Positions 13,881-27,456 of a DNA stretch of 64,000 nucleotides are shown here, piece by piece; positions within the stretch are counted from its first letter, which is position 1; every line of letters begins with the position of its first letter. Below the pieces are notes generated by a model that saw only the letters and a list, made by a program, of their open reading frames with translations, was not told the DNA's origin and made no database searches. The DNA lies in assembly GCF_009914755.1 (NCBI RefSeq), contig NC_060940.1; one strand, 5' to 3'. This DNA comes from the human T2T-CHM13v2.0 reference genome, Homo sapiens. A program made the position numbers and the translations under genes.

Positions 13881-14433
13881 GGGATTTGGTTTTTGATTTG
13901 ATTCTTAGCTTGGTCATTGTTGGTGTATAGTAGTACCACTGGTTTGTGTACATTGATTTTGTAATCTGAGACTTTACTGAATTCATGATCAAATCAAGAA
14001 GTCTTTTGGAGGAGTCTAGCGTTTTCTAGACCCTAGATGTATAGTAGTAGTTGATGTAGAGTAGTGCCACTGGTTTGTGAACATTGATTTTGTAACCTGA
14101 GACTTTACTGAATTCATTATCAAATCAAGGAGTCTTTTGGAGGAATCTAGGATTTTCTAGGTATACAAGCATACCATTGGCAAATGGTTTCAGTTCCTCT
14201 TTTCCAATTTGGATGCCCTTTGTTTCCTTCTTTTGCCTGATTGCACTGGTTAGGACTACCTAAATGCCACTTTTTATTAAGACAAACAATGCTTCAGTAA
14301 ACATTTCTATTCACACAGCTTTGCGCACTAATGTGACTTTTTGAAAGACAAAATCCTTAAAATATTATTTGGCAAGATCACAATTTGAAATGTACGTTTC
14401 TTTTGACCCTACAATAACACTTTTTGACTACTT

Positions 14434-14562
14434 TGTTTTTCCTTTTTTCTTTCTTTCTTTTTTTTTTGAGACGGAGTCTTGCTCTGTCGCCCAGGCTGGA
14501 GTGAAGCGGCGCCATCTCGGCTCACTGCAAGCTCCGCCTCCCGGGTTCATGCCATTCTCCTG
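14434..14562 (-). mobile_element. 5'-truncated AluY
   Basis: gcaagctccgcctcccgggttcatgccattctcc (Y diagnostics); TSD ctttttgactactt / ctttttggctactt. Confidence 0.9.
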
Positions 14563-17500
14563 CTTTTTGGCTACTTTTTAACAGATTGTCATCTCCTCAG
14601 CACTGTCTAGTGGTGTCTCTCTACAACTCAAACTGTTCATTTATAATAGCTTTAGGTACAAAGTTTGGGGGGAAAAGAAGAAAACCGTTTATGTGATGCT
14701 CAAGAGTCATGATGATTTCTCTTCTACCAAACGACCAAGGAGGATGAGCAGTCATAGTGTTTACCAGAGACACAGAATAGGAGCTCAATGATTATATTTA
14801 TCAGCCCATTATATACAGCTTCTCTGGGAATTGTAATCCAGGGAAGCTTTAATTATTTGAAAGATTTGAAACCTGCTTGCCTGAAAGTTGGAAATTGACC
14901 TATAAATAGTATGATGCTGGGCAGTGTCTCATTACCTTCCCCTACTATCCATCTCTTATTGTCAGATCCAGCTAGTGATACTTTTAGATTTGTTCCATGG
15001 TGTTATCCAAGCCTTTTTGATTACATTCTTCCTGCAGCCTCTCAGTAGGCAGTGAAAATTCGGGAAAAGGGGCAGACAAACCTTTCATTTCTTTTTGAGC
15101 ATACACCTTTAAGTTGGGCAAATGATCAAAGATCTTTTCTGATTTCTTCATTCCTGCTACACATGCAATAAACTTAGCACTTCAAAACAAATCTGTGTTC
15201 ACTAAACTACTCTCTAAAAGTGAGCCTATATGATGCAGTGGAAGTCTTCTGTGAAACTGTGCTGTTCTTGGAACACCACTTGGTTGATCCTATGAGAAGG
15301 AATGATCAACCACAAAAAGATCATCAATTTTCAGCAAGCAGCAGCAGGTAAAACAGGCTCCTGTAGCATCAGAGGCTGCTGGCCTTCAGAGAGAAGAACA
15401 AAGCTAGGGATTTGAACAGTTGAAATTCTGCTGCTGTGTAAATCTAGTATATGACTGAGTGCTTTCACATCTGCCCACATGATATTGACTCAGTTCAAGG
15501 AACACTCTTTAGTTCCTAAGCATGGATGATCCAAATCAAAATACAGAGGCAGGCAGATTTCCATCTTCAACCCCTTACTGCTCAGTGGAGTGACTCTGAA
15601 TGGCAGCTCATGTGAGAAAACAATGACTCATCAAACAACTGTTGGGGGAAAAAAAGATCAGAGAGTCTATTACAGCATAAAATTAAAATTGGCCAATAGT
15701 ACCTATCCCACCACAGCCACCAAGGTGGTAATCTAGTCTATTGTGAATATTAAATGGATAAAAAGTTAACCTTTATCTGCTGCAGCTGAGAGGGATGCTT
15801 AATAGTGTTACACAGGAAGTGACACAGTGGGGGATCCTTTTCAGCTTGGACATGCTGAAGATTATCTTTCCCACCTCCAAGGAATAGAAATGAGAAGTCC
15901 TCCTTTCACCAAAGCTCAAACAGAACATAGAAGCAGCAGTAGGTGATATACAGAAGATTACATAGAAATAGAGAAGTTATTTCTGGATAATTGGCAGCAG
16001 ACATTGTAGAGCACGTGGGAGGAAGACTCTCCATGGCAACTCAGTTTATGATGGCTCCATATTTAAACTAAATGTTGAGCTTTTATACTTCCAGAGTGAG
16101 GATTTTCTGTAATTTTTGATATTAAGTTCTCTAATTCAGGAAAGCAAGCATTCCAGCAGAGGTCCACATAAGGCAAGAAGAGCATGAGATATGCAGAAAA
16201 TAATTTACAGATCTTAAAGATTTTATTAAAAGGGAGAGAAATTCAGATCAAATGAGACCAGAATCACCGGCTAAAGCTTTTTAGCAATTTCTAGTGGGAT
16301 CAATTGGTTATTAATTGCAAATCCTATCGTACTGCCTTTGTAGTTTCTTATATATAACTATGCTTGTGCCGAGTGTATAATAAAATTGTACATAATATTC
16401 CATTACATCATTTGTTCTCAATGAATACTTTTTCTTTGCTTTTGTAGAGTTTATGTTATAGATGGATAAAACCCCATCTCATTCAAGATTCTGATGTCTG
16501 TGGAAGGCTCAGGTTGATGGCACCTTTTGCAGAATTCTTCCTTCCTTGCATTGTCAAGTCAGAATAAACAGTGCTGTCCTTCCATTGCAAAAGTACATCC
16601 GGGATAGCCTTGCTCTCAGTGTTTATTTTGATCTGCTATCACTTGTTTGAAAATATTATAATGGGGATGGAATGTAGTAGTGATCTTGATACCCCATCCA
16701 ATTCACTCTCCTATTCATTTCCCTTTAAAGACCAAGCATATTGAAAATTGGCCATTGGTACCTCCTGGAATCCATTCCAATGCCATATGCCACGGCCAGT
16801 AGCACCTACCTGCTGGTAAGCAATCCTGTTATCCTTGTCCTACTAGTCATGCTATGCCCACTAATCTGTTCTTAGTTAAGGATCCCAGAAAATGAAGTCT
16901 TTCTCTTGGTGTACTGTTTTAAACTTTTACTACTCCTAAGGGTATTAATAGTTTAACAGGAGAACAAAGCCATTAGCCAAAGAAATTAAGACATCAACAA
17001 GCTGCTGAGAGTCTTTTTAGTCAACACAAACGGATATTACAAACATTCAGACAATTAAATACATGGCAATATTTTTAAAGATCTGACCTGTTTTTATGCT
17101 TAATTTTCTATGAACCTAATAAAGCAATATATTCTAAACTGGCACAAGAAAACAATTCTTAAAGTATTTTTTTTATATGGTTTGGCCTAGAATTTCCATT
17201 TCTGGTAATTCGTCCTAAGTCTTCCAAAATAGGAAAGCATTTTTAGCAATGTTAATCAATGTGTCATTCTAATAGCTAAAATCAAAAATAATCTAAATGT
17301 CCAGCAATAGGAGAGTAATAAAGTCAATTATGATACATTCATTTATAATGAGATAACATCATGAAATATTAATATTTGTGCTTTTCTTTCCTGTAATCTG
17401 TTATACATGACCCTTCTCCTAGTTAATCAGAGGCATTCAAAGGAAATTCAAATTGTTATGGCAGGAATGGAAAGAAAGAGATAGTCAATATTCAGTCTTT

Positions 17501-18074
17501 TTAACTTCCAAAATAAGCCTTGATCATTACAAAGAATGGCTTTGGGGGAAAGTTGACTGACGGAGTTTATGCAACAATAATTGGCTAGAAAGAAAAGAGT
17601 AGGCAATCATGCCTGCCATCTCCATTCCTGGCTGGGAAAAGAGATATGCCAGGGTCTTGGAGGGCAGATGCTGCCAAACACTAGCAGAATGGGGAATGGA
17701 TCTGAGAGACCACATGAAGAGAATCAGCATCAAGAGACAGGCTAACCCCGTCTATTCAAGGAAGCCCATCTTGGGGCAGATACTGAGAACCCCAGTGAGC
17801 AATTCCCACTTCTGTCCATGAGAGGCTCCGAGGAAAGGTTACCTGGAGATCTCCCAATCATCTAGCAGGAGGACAACCACCTATGCCCTAAGCCTCTGAA
17901 GACCGCCAAACTACTCTATATGGACTAATGCCTTTTGGGACAGTCATGAGTCTTTCGACTCAGACTATAGTGTCCTTTCTATGCAGAGGAAAATGAGAAG
18001 ATACAAACAAAAGCGCCAGCACTGGCACTTGAGTGGGACTGGAGGGTGGTGAAGCTCACTCCTTTACACACACA

Positions 18075-18320
18075 ATAATAATAACTATCATTTATTACTT
18101 GCCAAGCATAATTCCAATCGTTTTACAGGTATCAAATTGCATCTTCACAACAGCCCTTCCTACAAGGTGGATACTGGTATTGGTTTATATTACAGATGGG
18201 GAAACTGAGAAAAGAGACATTCAGTAGTTTGTCCGTGATCACACAGCTAATAAGTAGTGGATTCAGTATTCAAATCTAAGCAATATGACCCTGCAGCCTG
18301 TGATCCTAATGCTGTGGTAT
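18075..18320 (-). mobile_element. MIR
   Basis: ttacagatggggaaactgag..gatcacacagctaataagt. Confidence 0.8.
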
Positions 18321-18979
18321 GCTGCTTCCCATGATCAGCAACTAAAAATAATGTTTGCCCCAAATTTGTAAGTACATGCGTAGGAAGTTTGTGTTATGAT
18401 CCTAAGTGACTCAATCAGAATTTAATACTGTAACTACAATGCAATCCACATTTTTAAAAAGACATCAAAATATTAATAATAGTTGACTATGGATGGTAGG
18501 AGGATTCTGAGTGATTTAAGATTCTTTTTTTTTATTTTTCTGCATTGCGAATTTTCTCTTTAATGAGCATATGTTACATTTAAATCCTGGGGTAAAAACT
18601 CACTTTCAATATTCCTTGAACTTCTCAAACACAAACATATAGACATACATTTTTGAGTTACAAACTCCAGTTCTTTGAAGAAATTGTGTTATTTTGGCAA
18701 CAATGAGAGATGCCACAAAGCATATTTCTAACAAGAATAGTTCAAAAGTACCTTAACACACCAGAGAAAAAGCCAGGAACATCAGTAATAAGCTACATTT
18801 ATCCTTTCAGACAATTACTTCGACAGGAGGGACAGGGGCACAGATGACAGAGATTAGGTCAGCATAAGTTGTCACATCTGAGCAGCCCTGCCATTTTTCT
18901 ACATTTTATAGCTTGGAAGATCTTAATATACCAAAATTCCCAAGGAGAATCAAAGTAAGTTAGCACCAAATTTTTCATT

Positions 18980-19420
18980 TTCACTCTTCATATGATGTCT
19001 TTTGATAAATACATATGCTTAGTTTTCATGTGGTTAAATTTATCAATCATGTTCTCTATGGATTGCACTTTTTTGTGTGTTGTTTAAGAAAACTTTTCAT
19101 GTTTTAAGTTCATGAAGATATCCACCTATGTTCTCTCCTAAAGTTTTAGAGTTTACCCTTTTACATATAGGTGTTTAATACCCTTGGGATTCATTTTTGC
19201 GTATAGTGTAACGTGGGGTCCAATTCCATGATTTTCCATATAGATAACGAATGTCTCAGCACCATGCCTTGAAACATCCACCTTTTCTCCACTGATCTGC
19301 AATGCCACTTCTTTTATATGGGCTCTTCTTTCTATTCCAATGGTCTCTTTGCCTATAGCTATGCCAGTACAACACCAATTTACTATCGTAGATTTATAAC
19401 AAGTCTTGAGATATGAGAGC
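18980..19420 (-). mobile_element. Old L1M ORF2 fragment
   Basis: Degenerate antisense ORF2 (ORF 19153-19425 LYAKMNPKGIKHL resembles [12 protein letters not shown]). Confidence 0.7.
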
Positions 19421-21444
19421 AGCACTGAAATTTACAACGAAGTGCCAAATGGTGAGAACTAACTAGAGAATTCACCTAGAACCTCCATATTGAAAAAAAC
19501 AAACAAACAAAAAGAGAAAGAAAACTGGCAGACATTTGTGCTTCATTGTTAGATTTTCTTTGCCTTGCATTTATTTATGTGTGGTCTCCCTCATCATCCT
19601 ACCCCACCACATAAATATGCAGCTATTATGAATTCATAGATTTATCATGTACCAAGTCCACTTAGATAAAAATAGGAGAAAAAAATGAGAGGTCTAAAGA
19701 GAAACAGCATTCACGGGTAAAATAACAGAATGAAATTACTATGAAGGCTTCTATCTGACACTGTCAAAGGCAAGAGTGAGGGCATATCCAGCCTTCCTGG
19801 CAGCATTAAAATCTCGATGTTCAGAAATATGACAGGCTTGATGAGCCTAATTAAGGCATGTGGAAAAATTAGTTTATCACCCAGATTGTGGAGACTTCCA
19901 AACCGCTCCCAAGGCTGGAATCTCTGAATTTGGCACTGGAGAAGATAAAATATAGCCTGGATCATCTTGTTGCTGTTATTCATCAGGCAGCACTGTGTTC
20001 CCAGATTGTACTTAATAGAGCCCAGGATAGTCTATCTGTTTAAAAAATGGACAGCCTAAGAAATTATTTTTTACAAAACATGCACACTTACTTCCAAGGT
20101 GCCTGAAAATAAGACTTGGCTGAAGAGTGAAACAAACAACATCTTACAGACTCCGCTGTTGGTGTTATCCTTGGGTACATTTGACTTCTATGTGGTAACA
20201 CCAAGGTCACTCCTAATTTCATCTTCTGTGAATATCCAAAACATTTTCTCTTATCAAAGTTTCCCCATACCTGCCTAAGAGGCATTGCATAACAGCAGCA
20301 GCCGGTAAATTACATTCCTGGGGACTCACTGGGCGATAACCTAAGAATAAGGAGGTCATGGATGCGCTCACTGTTTCTTGCTTAACTCTTGCCTTGGAAT
20401 ACATCAATATTTTCTTAGTCTTACTCTGGAGTATTTTCTCAAAAGAGCTGGTCTGGCCTTAAAAAAATAGTTTCAAGTTTCATTTTTAAAACCAAACAGG
20501 CTAAGTCATTGCACGCCCAAAGGTACTCATCACAACTTGTCTTGTTCTTGATAAAACATTCATATGTGAGGGAATTTGGTATGGATGCTTCAGTTATCAG
20601 AGAGAATAGGAAGCATATTGATTCACTAGTCTATAATGAACTGGCCTGGGCCTCTCTCCAGAAAACTTGCACATGGAGGTAATGCTCACAGCCCCAGATA
20701 ATCCATCACTCTTACTATTTACCCAGCTAGCCCATCTGGTCTACAGAGAAAAGGATAAGAATATCTAACAAATGTTCAGGCAAAGTGATCATTTGGCTGC
20801 TCATTTTCATCATTTCCTTAAACCAACTTAGCAAGTCTCAAGCTTTGGTCAAAGTTTTCATTTTGAGGAAATACAAAAGCTTGTTATAAGGCAATAATAA
20901 TAATAGTTGCTGTATGCCTAGATCTTCCATTTTGGTAATTTTCCCATCCCCATGGATGTGTGCAGTTGACTTCCACATCTATAATTCTACTTATGACTTC
21001 TCCCTTGAGCTGCAGACATGAACTACAGCTATTTACATGATAACTCTATCTACTTATCAAATAAGCCTCTCTAAGAGGTTCAAAATTAAACATTTGCTTT
21101 TTCTGGCAAGTGCCTGCCACTCCTTTAGTTCTGTCTCTCAACAAAAACTTCAAGATCAAAAGGTCTAGGAGTCACTTTTGATTCTTCTTTTTCCTTACGC
21201 CTCTTACCAGTAAGTTCTGTAGCCTCTTCTTCCAAAACATATTAGAAATCTTCCCATTTCTCTTCTTGGCTTTCATCTTCGCCCAAGCTAACATCATTTC
21301 TTGCTCAAATTATTAACAATAGGCACTTAATTGGCCATTGACCCACTCTTACAACCCTTTAACACTCTTTCTATTATAGTTTATTTAAAGCAGCCAGAAC
21401 GATCTCTTTCAAGCATAGATCATATTACTTATGTGTTCATTCCT

Positions 21445-21803
21445 TTCCTTCTCTCTCCTCTTTTTTCTTTTCTTTCCTTTTCTTTTCTTTTTTTTTTTCT
21501 TTTTTTTCTTTTTTTTTTTTTTTGAGACAGAGTCTCGCTCTGTTGCCCAGGCTGGGGTGCAATGGTGTGATCTCGGCTCACTGCAACCTCCATCTCCGAG
21601 GTTCAAGTAATTCTCCTGCCTCAGCTTCCTGAGTAGCTGGGATTACAGGCACATGCCACCACGCCCAGCTAATTTTTGTATTTTTAGTGGAGACGGGGTT
21701 TCACCATGTTGGTCAGGCTGGTTTAGAACTCCTGACCTTGTGATCCACCCATCTCGGCCTCCCGAAATGCCGAGATTATAGGCATGAGCCACAGCGCCCA
21801 GCC
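21445..21803 (-). mobile_element. AluS with long T/C tail
   Basis: Full antisense Alu. Confidence 0.95.
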
Positions 21804-21811
21804 TTTCTTCT

Positions 21812-21812
21812 C

Positions 21813-21848
<36 letters not shown>

Positions 21849-22122
21849 TTTATTTTTAATTGAGACAGAGTCTTGCTCTGTCACGCAGACTATAATGCAA
21901 TGACAGGATCATAGCTCACTACAGCCTCAAACTCCTCGGCTCGAGCCTCCTCTTTCAGCTTCTCAAGCAGCTGGGACTACAGACATGCACCACCACACCC
22001 GGATAATTTTGTTTTGTATGTAGATATGATGTCTCTCTATGTTGCACAGTCTGATCTCAAACTCATTGCCTCAAGTAGCCTCAAAGTGCTGGGATCACAG
22101 GCATGAGCCACTGTGTCCAGCC
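21812..22122 (-). mobile_element. AluJ with (TTA)n tail
   Basis: atcatagctcactacagcctcaaactcc (J-type); tandem with the previous Alu. Confidence 0.9.
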
Positions 22123-22457
22123 CTTCCTCTCCTATTAAAACATTCCAGTGGCTTCCAATCACAATTGTAATATAATCCAAAGTTCTTCTTACTCTGGTTA
22201 GCTAGATCTCCCATAAACTAACCCCCACTTTCCTCTCTATACCCATCTCTTACCCTCTCCTTCCCACACACTATACTCCAACCACAGTGGGTTTCTCTCT
22301 GTTCCTTAAATACTCTAAGTTTGCCCTCACTTCCGTGCCTTTGCTCTTGCTGTTCTCTCTGGCTGGAATGTTCTTCCTCCAGAGCACACGATTAACTTCC
22401 TGTCATTCAGCTTTTATCTCAAGTGGCATCTTCTGAGAAAGACCTTCTGTAAATCCT

Positions 22458-22950
22458 TGTTCAAGTCAGGATCCAAGGAAAGCAGAAATCTTTCTAAGTA
22501 TACAGAACAGAGGGAATTTAATATGGGCGATAAGTCATACATGGGATGGATAACCTTCAAAGTCAAATAAGGAAGGACAACACAGATATTTACAGCAGCA
22601 GGAAAACTAACGGAAAAGTGGTATTACCAGATCCCATGAGCCAAGGTCACCAGATGAAATCTGGGGGAAGCTTTAGACCTGTCCAGCAGAAGCGAGACCC
22701 ACAGAAGAAACACAGCCACCCTCAAGAACCCGATGAGCACAGGAAGGGTGAGAAAAATACCCTACCTTCTCCCTTCCTTCCATTCTCTAATCTCCCACCA
22801 GTGCCTCCACTACCTAAACCCACTTGGAAACAGCTAATATAGGAGATTTGGAAAACATCCCACCACACCTACATACCCTGACTATATAGTTTACAACAGG
22901 TAATAGAAAAGATAGATCTGAGGGCAAACAGCCCAGGACCAGTATACCAT
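22458..22950 (-). mobile_element. Ancient MaLR/ERVL LTR-like segment
   Basis: ggggaatttaatatggg..tctcccaccagtgcctcc..gatctgagggcaaacag resembles old MLT1 LTRs. Confidence 0.5.
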
Positions 22951-23699
22951 ACCATTTTACCTTTCTATCTCCTCTCTCCTACTCAATGTTAATAATATAA
23001 TTTTGTTTGGCTATTTTCATAGCACTCATTATTATCTCAATGTCTCTATATTACTTGTCTATTCATCTTCCCAAATTAGAATATAAGCACCGTGGTTTTT
23101 GTCTGTGTCTTCAGCACCTTGAACAGTGCATGCAGGGCACTCAATAAATATTTATTGAAAATATATTGAATGAATCATTACTATGTACCAAATATTGTAC
23201 TAAGAATTTTACATAAATTATCTCACAGAATCCTTATAACGATATCAGGACTGTTTTAACTATGAAGAATCTGGGGATTAGTGGGGTACTATGAGGCACT
23301 TTGCCTTGGAAGGGTTCCAGTACCCAGCAGGCTGTCAACGATATAAGCTGAAAAGAAGAAATAACCCACCTACATATAAAATCCATCAAGGTGACATTTT
23401 GCCAATTAAAAATTCAGTTCTGCTATTAATGAGTATCTTATTCAACACCTTCACTGAGCAGTGTTGGATAAAGTAGTTGACATTTGCCCATCACTTTCAC
23501 CTCTTCCAAAGAGGGAGAGAAAGGAAACACACCTGAGTTATTTTTAATTTCTACAAGGTACCAAAACACCTGACCTTCACTACTAATCCTCAGACAATGA
23601 AAGTCTTATTCCAAGCCTTTCAACAGTACCTTCATTCTAAGCTGGACACCGGACAATGTAAAATACTATGTCTTATTGGTATCTATTAACAGACATTTT

Positions 23700-23905
23700 A
23701 TTTTATTTTTTTGGTGTTATGTTTATTATTTTTATTTTTTATTTTAGTTTTTGTGGGGGACAGTAGGTATATATATTTATAGGGTACACTGGCTGTTCTG
23801 ATACAGGCATGCAATGCATAATAATCACATCATGGAAAATGGAGTCCCCCTTCCCTCAAGCATTCATCTTTTGTGTTACTAACAATCCAATTATACTCTT
23901 TTAGT
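23700..23905 (-). mobile_element. L1MA 3' end
   Basis: Closely resembles the 3'UTR at 2150-2310 (gatacaggcatgcaat..cacatcatgg..aacaatccaattatactct). Confidence 0.85.
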
Positions 23906-24056
23906 TAGGATCAGGAAAAATAACTAATGAGTACTAGGTTTAATACATGGATGATGAAATAATCTATACAACAAACCCCCATGAAACAAGTTTACCTATG
24001 TAACAAACCTGCACTTGTACTCCTGAATTTAAAATAAAAGTTAAAAAAAAAAAAAG
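23906..24056 (+). mobile_element. Old L1PA 3' end with poly(A)
   Basis: aataactaatgagtactagg..caagtttacctatgtaacaaacctgcac..aataaaagttaaaaaa. Confidence 0.85.
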
Positions 24057-24057
24057 A

Positions 24058-24465
<408 letters not shown>

Positions 24466-25309
24466 CTAAGAAATGGCAGACATCTAAGTTCCATCCACAT
24501 GGTTTCATATACAATGAAACAGGAATTACAAAGCCACATTAAATTTTGGGCCAAGTTTTTTACTCATGGAATCTGGCCATGGGGCATCTGTCCTTTGAAA
24601 TTTAAAAAAAAAAAAAGAAAAAAGAAAAAAAAAAGAACCTAGGGAGACTCTGCTTGTGGAAGCACCAACACCCTTACCCTAACTGAGCTCCATGTTGGTA
24701 CCTGCTGTGTGTGAATCATGGCTACCCAGGCTTCCCCAAGGGAGAAGCCAAGCTTCTGTCTTTAGCTTCTGAAGCAGCTTTTCATCTTGTAAGAATGTCA
24801 ACTGTTCATTTTGCAACACAACCAAGCAGGGACTGTTTCAGACCTTTGCTCCATTAAACCATGACTTAGAAAAGACAATTAAATTTCCACAGATAAAGAT
24901 ACAGATATACAAATGTACCGTCGCGGCGGCTTTTAAACCCAAATCTAGTTTAGGCTGGTTTATTTTAAAGCCACAGAATTTTATTAGGCTTTACATTAAA
25001 TCAATAAAGAAAGTTTGGACCAAAGTTTGGAGAGCTTTGGATATAGTCAATGGATTCCTCAGAAACCTACGAAGTGCTCTGAAATTGCTCTGAAATTGGC
25101 TTGGGATTTCTGCCGTGCTCAGATGAAGTGACAAGAGTTTCAGCCAAAGCTCCCCAACTTATACCCATCACTGGTTGTACTCCACAGGGTCATATAGGAA
25201 AAACGTATGATTTTTCTCTTGGAATGTGCTATTTCCAGGTCCTGTTATTGGTCTTCCAGGTGAACTCTTATAGGACATGAGATCCTACGTGTTAGTTTTA
25301 GTAATTTAT

Positions 25310-25735
25310 CTTCTAGACTATTTCAACTATTTAAAGTGGTTTATATACATGTGCATAGTAAAGCCATAAAAGGAAAATTAACTGCAAAAAAATCAAGGTG
25401 AATATACTGTGGTTTATAGAAACAGTGCTATGCTCTACAGCCATTAAAAATGATGACACAGCCCTCTATATTTTGATATAGAATATTCTCCAACTTTCCT
25501 CATTCAGTCACGAGAACAACATGCAGAGCATAATGCTATAATTTGGTTTACAAAAAGGAAGAGAAAAATACATATAGACTACCCTTGAAAGGATATACAA
25601 GAAATGCTTAAGAGTGACTGTCTCTGGGGAAGAAAATTGGAGACGGATTGCACACCTTTTTAGTTGTCTTTTTAACCACATGCATTTCTTACTAATAAAA
25701 TAAATACATAAATATACACGAACTAAGTCTCTTCC
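25310..25735 (+). mobile_element. Old L1ME-type 3' fragment
   Basis: tacagccattaaaaatgatga..ggatatacaagaaatgcttaagagtg. Confidence 0.55.
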
Positions 25736-25736
25736 A

Positions 25737-25863
25737 GGCTGGGCACGGTGGCTTATGCCTGTAATCCCAGCACTTTGGGAGGCAGAGGTGGGAGGATAGC
25801 TTGACCCCAGGAGTTCCAGCCTGGGCAACATGGCGAGACCCCATCTCTAATAAGAAAAAGAAA
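25737..25863 (+). mobile_element. FLAM / free left Alu monomer
   Basis: Single monomer with GGAGGATAGCTTGACCCCAGG; TSD tctcttcca. Confidence 0.88.
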
Positions 25864-25911
25864 TTCTCTTCCAATTCAAGGCAAGGTAAATAAAGCCCTT
25901 GCCATTGACAC

Positions 25912-26217
25912 TGTTGTTACCCCACTCAGATCTTTAACAGGCCAGTGTGCCCATATGTGTCATGAGTACTGGCTGCTGAAGGCTCACAGTTGACCCCTGT
26001 GGTTTCCCTTGCCTCAAGGTGGGATTAACTGTGATGCAGCATAGGTTCCAGAGTTCACCTTGAGATCAGGTGGAAGCCAGTCTCCAGCTGACCCACCCTG
26101 GCTGAGTTCTTTTCCCCTGCGCTTTCACTCCCCTTCTCCTAAGAGCATTCTCAATAAACCACTTAAAAAAGAACTCTCATCTTAAGCTCTGGTTCTAGGG
26201 AATCTGGTCAAAAACAG
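25912..26217 (+). mobile_element. LTR16-like (ERVL) LTR
   Basis: ggctcacag..cttgcctcaaggtggga..ctcaataaaccactt..ttctagggaa. Confidence 0.65.
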
Positions 26218-26907
26218 TATTACAGAGATAAAGGTAAAGGTTTACAAAATATTAAGGCTCTAAAAACAAATATATGCTGTCTCCACATTATAGTCAATAA
26301 TAATTGTTTTTTCTTAAGGTAAAAATGCCTCCCATCCTTAAAAACTTTTTGGAGAAAACCTAGAAGAAATACATAAATTTGTGGAAACACATAATCTCAC
26401 AAAATTGAACCAGGAAGAAATTGAAACCCTAAACAGACCAATAACAAGTTCCAAAATTGAATCAGTAATAAAAACCCTACCAATCATAACAAGCCCCGAC
26501 CTAGACAGATTTGCAGACAAATTGTACCAGACATAGAATGAAGAACTAGCTAGTACCAATCCTACTGAAATTATTTCAAAAAATTGAGGAGGAGGGACTC
26601 TTTTCTAACTTATTATATATGTCAAAATATGGCAGAGACAAAATGAAGAAAGAAAACTTTAGGCCAGTATCCCTGATGAAAATAGATGCAAATATCCTCA
26701 ACAAAACACTAGCAAACCGAATCCAGCAGTACGTAAAGAAGTCAATTTACCATCATTAAGTAGGCAGTATTCTTGGGATGCAAGGTTGGTTCAACATATG
26801 CAAATCAATAAATGTGATTCACCATGTAAGCAGAGTTATAAACAAAAACCATATAATCACCTCAATAGATGCAGAAAAGGGCTTTTGATAAAATTTAACA
26901 TCTGTTC

Positions 26908-27456
26908 ATGTTAAAAACCCTCAATAAATTAGGCATCAAAGGAACATACTTCAAAATAATAAGAGCCATCTATGACAAACCCACAGCCAACGTCAAACTG
27001 AACAGGCAAAAGCTGAAGGCAGTCCCCTTGAGAACTGGAATAAGACAAGGATACCCACTGTCACCATTCTTATTCAGCATAGTACTGGATGTCCTAGCCA
27101 GGGCAATTAGGAAAGAGAAAGAAATAAAGGGCATCCAAATAGGAAAAGAGGAAGTCAAATTATCTCTCTTCACAGATGATATGATTCTACACCTGGAAAC
27201 TCCTACAGACTCCACCAAAAGCCTCCTAAAACTGACAAACGACTTCAGTAAAGTTTCAGGATATAAAATCAATGTACAAAAATCAGTAGCATTTCTAGAC
27301 ACCACCAACAAAGTTCAAGCTGTGAGCCAAATCAAGAAATCAATCCTATTTACAATAGCCACAGACACAAAAATACCTAGGAATACATGTAATCAAGGAG
27401 GTGAAAGATCTCCACAACGAGAAATAAAAAACACTGCTAAAAGAAATCATAGATGA
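26908..27456 (+). pseudogene. Degenerate L1 ORF2p reverse-transcriptase segment
   Basis: [10 protein letters not shown] (cf. GTRQGCPLSP), SLFTDD (cf. FADD), [10 protein letters not shown]; frameshifts near the end. Confidence 0.9.

Larger units (their letters stand above)
11145..14258 (-). mobile_element. L1PB-type element (3'UTR plus ORF2 3' half) with nested insertions at 11211-12040 and 13671-13880
   Basis: L1PB 3' terminus tttatttcaatagctttcggggtacaagtggttttt, resuming at about 12050; antisense ORF2 fragments (LPFNPAIPLLGIYP). Confidence 0.9.
20930..23180 (+). mobile_element. Fragmented L2 hosting two Alus and an LTR-like segment
   Basis: L2 motifs (cagccagaacgatctctttcaa; ttccagtggcttcc; tail cactcaataaatatttattgaa at about 23140-23170). 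Confidence 0.65.

Noticed and set aside
16449-16815. Possible protein-coding exon between a good acceptor and a GTAAGC donor
   Set aside because: No long open frame in the ORF track and no recognisable protein. Splice-like motifs alone are insufficient.
26908-27456. Reverse transcriptase ORF as an active or novel RT system
   Set aside because: Ordinary decayed L1 ORF2: upstream stops, frameshifts, an LTR insertion and no 3' end.
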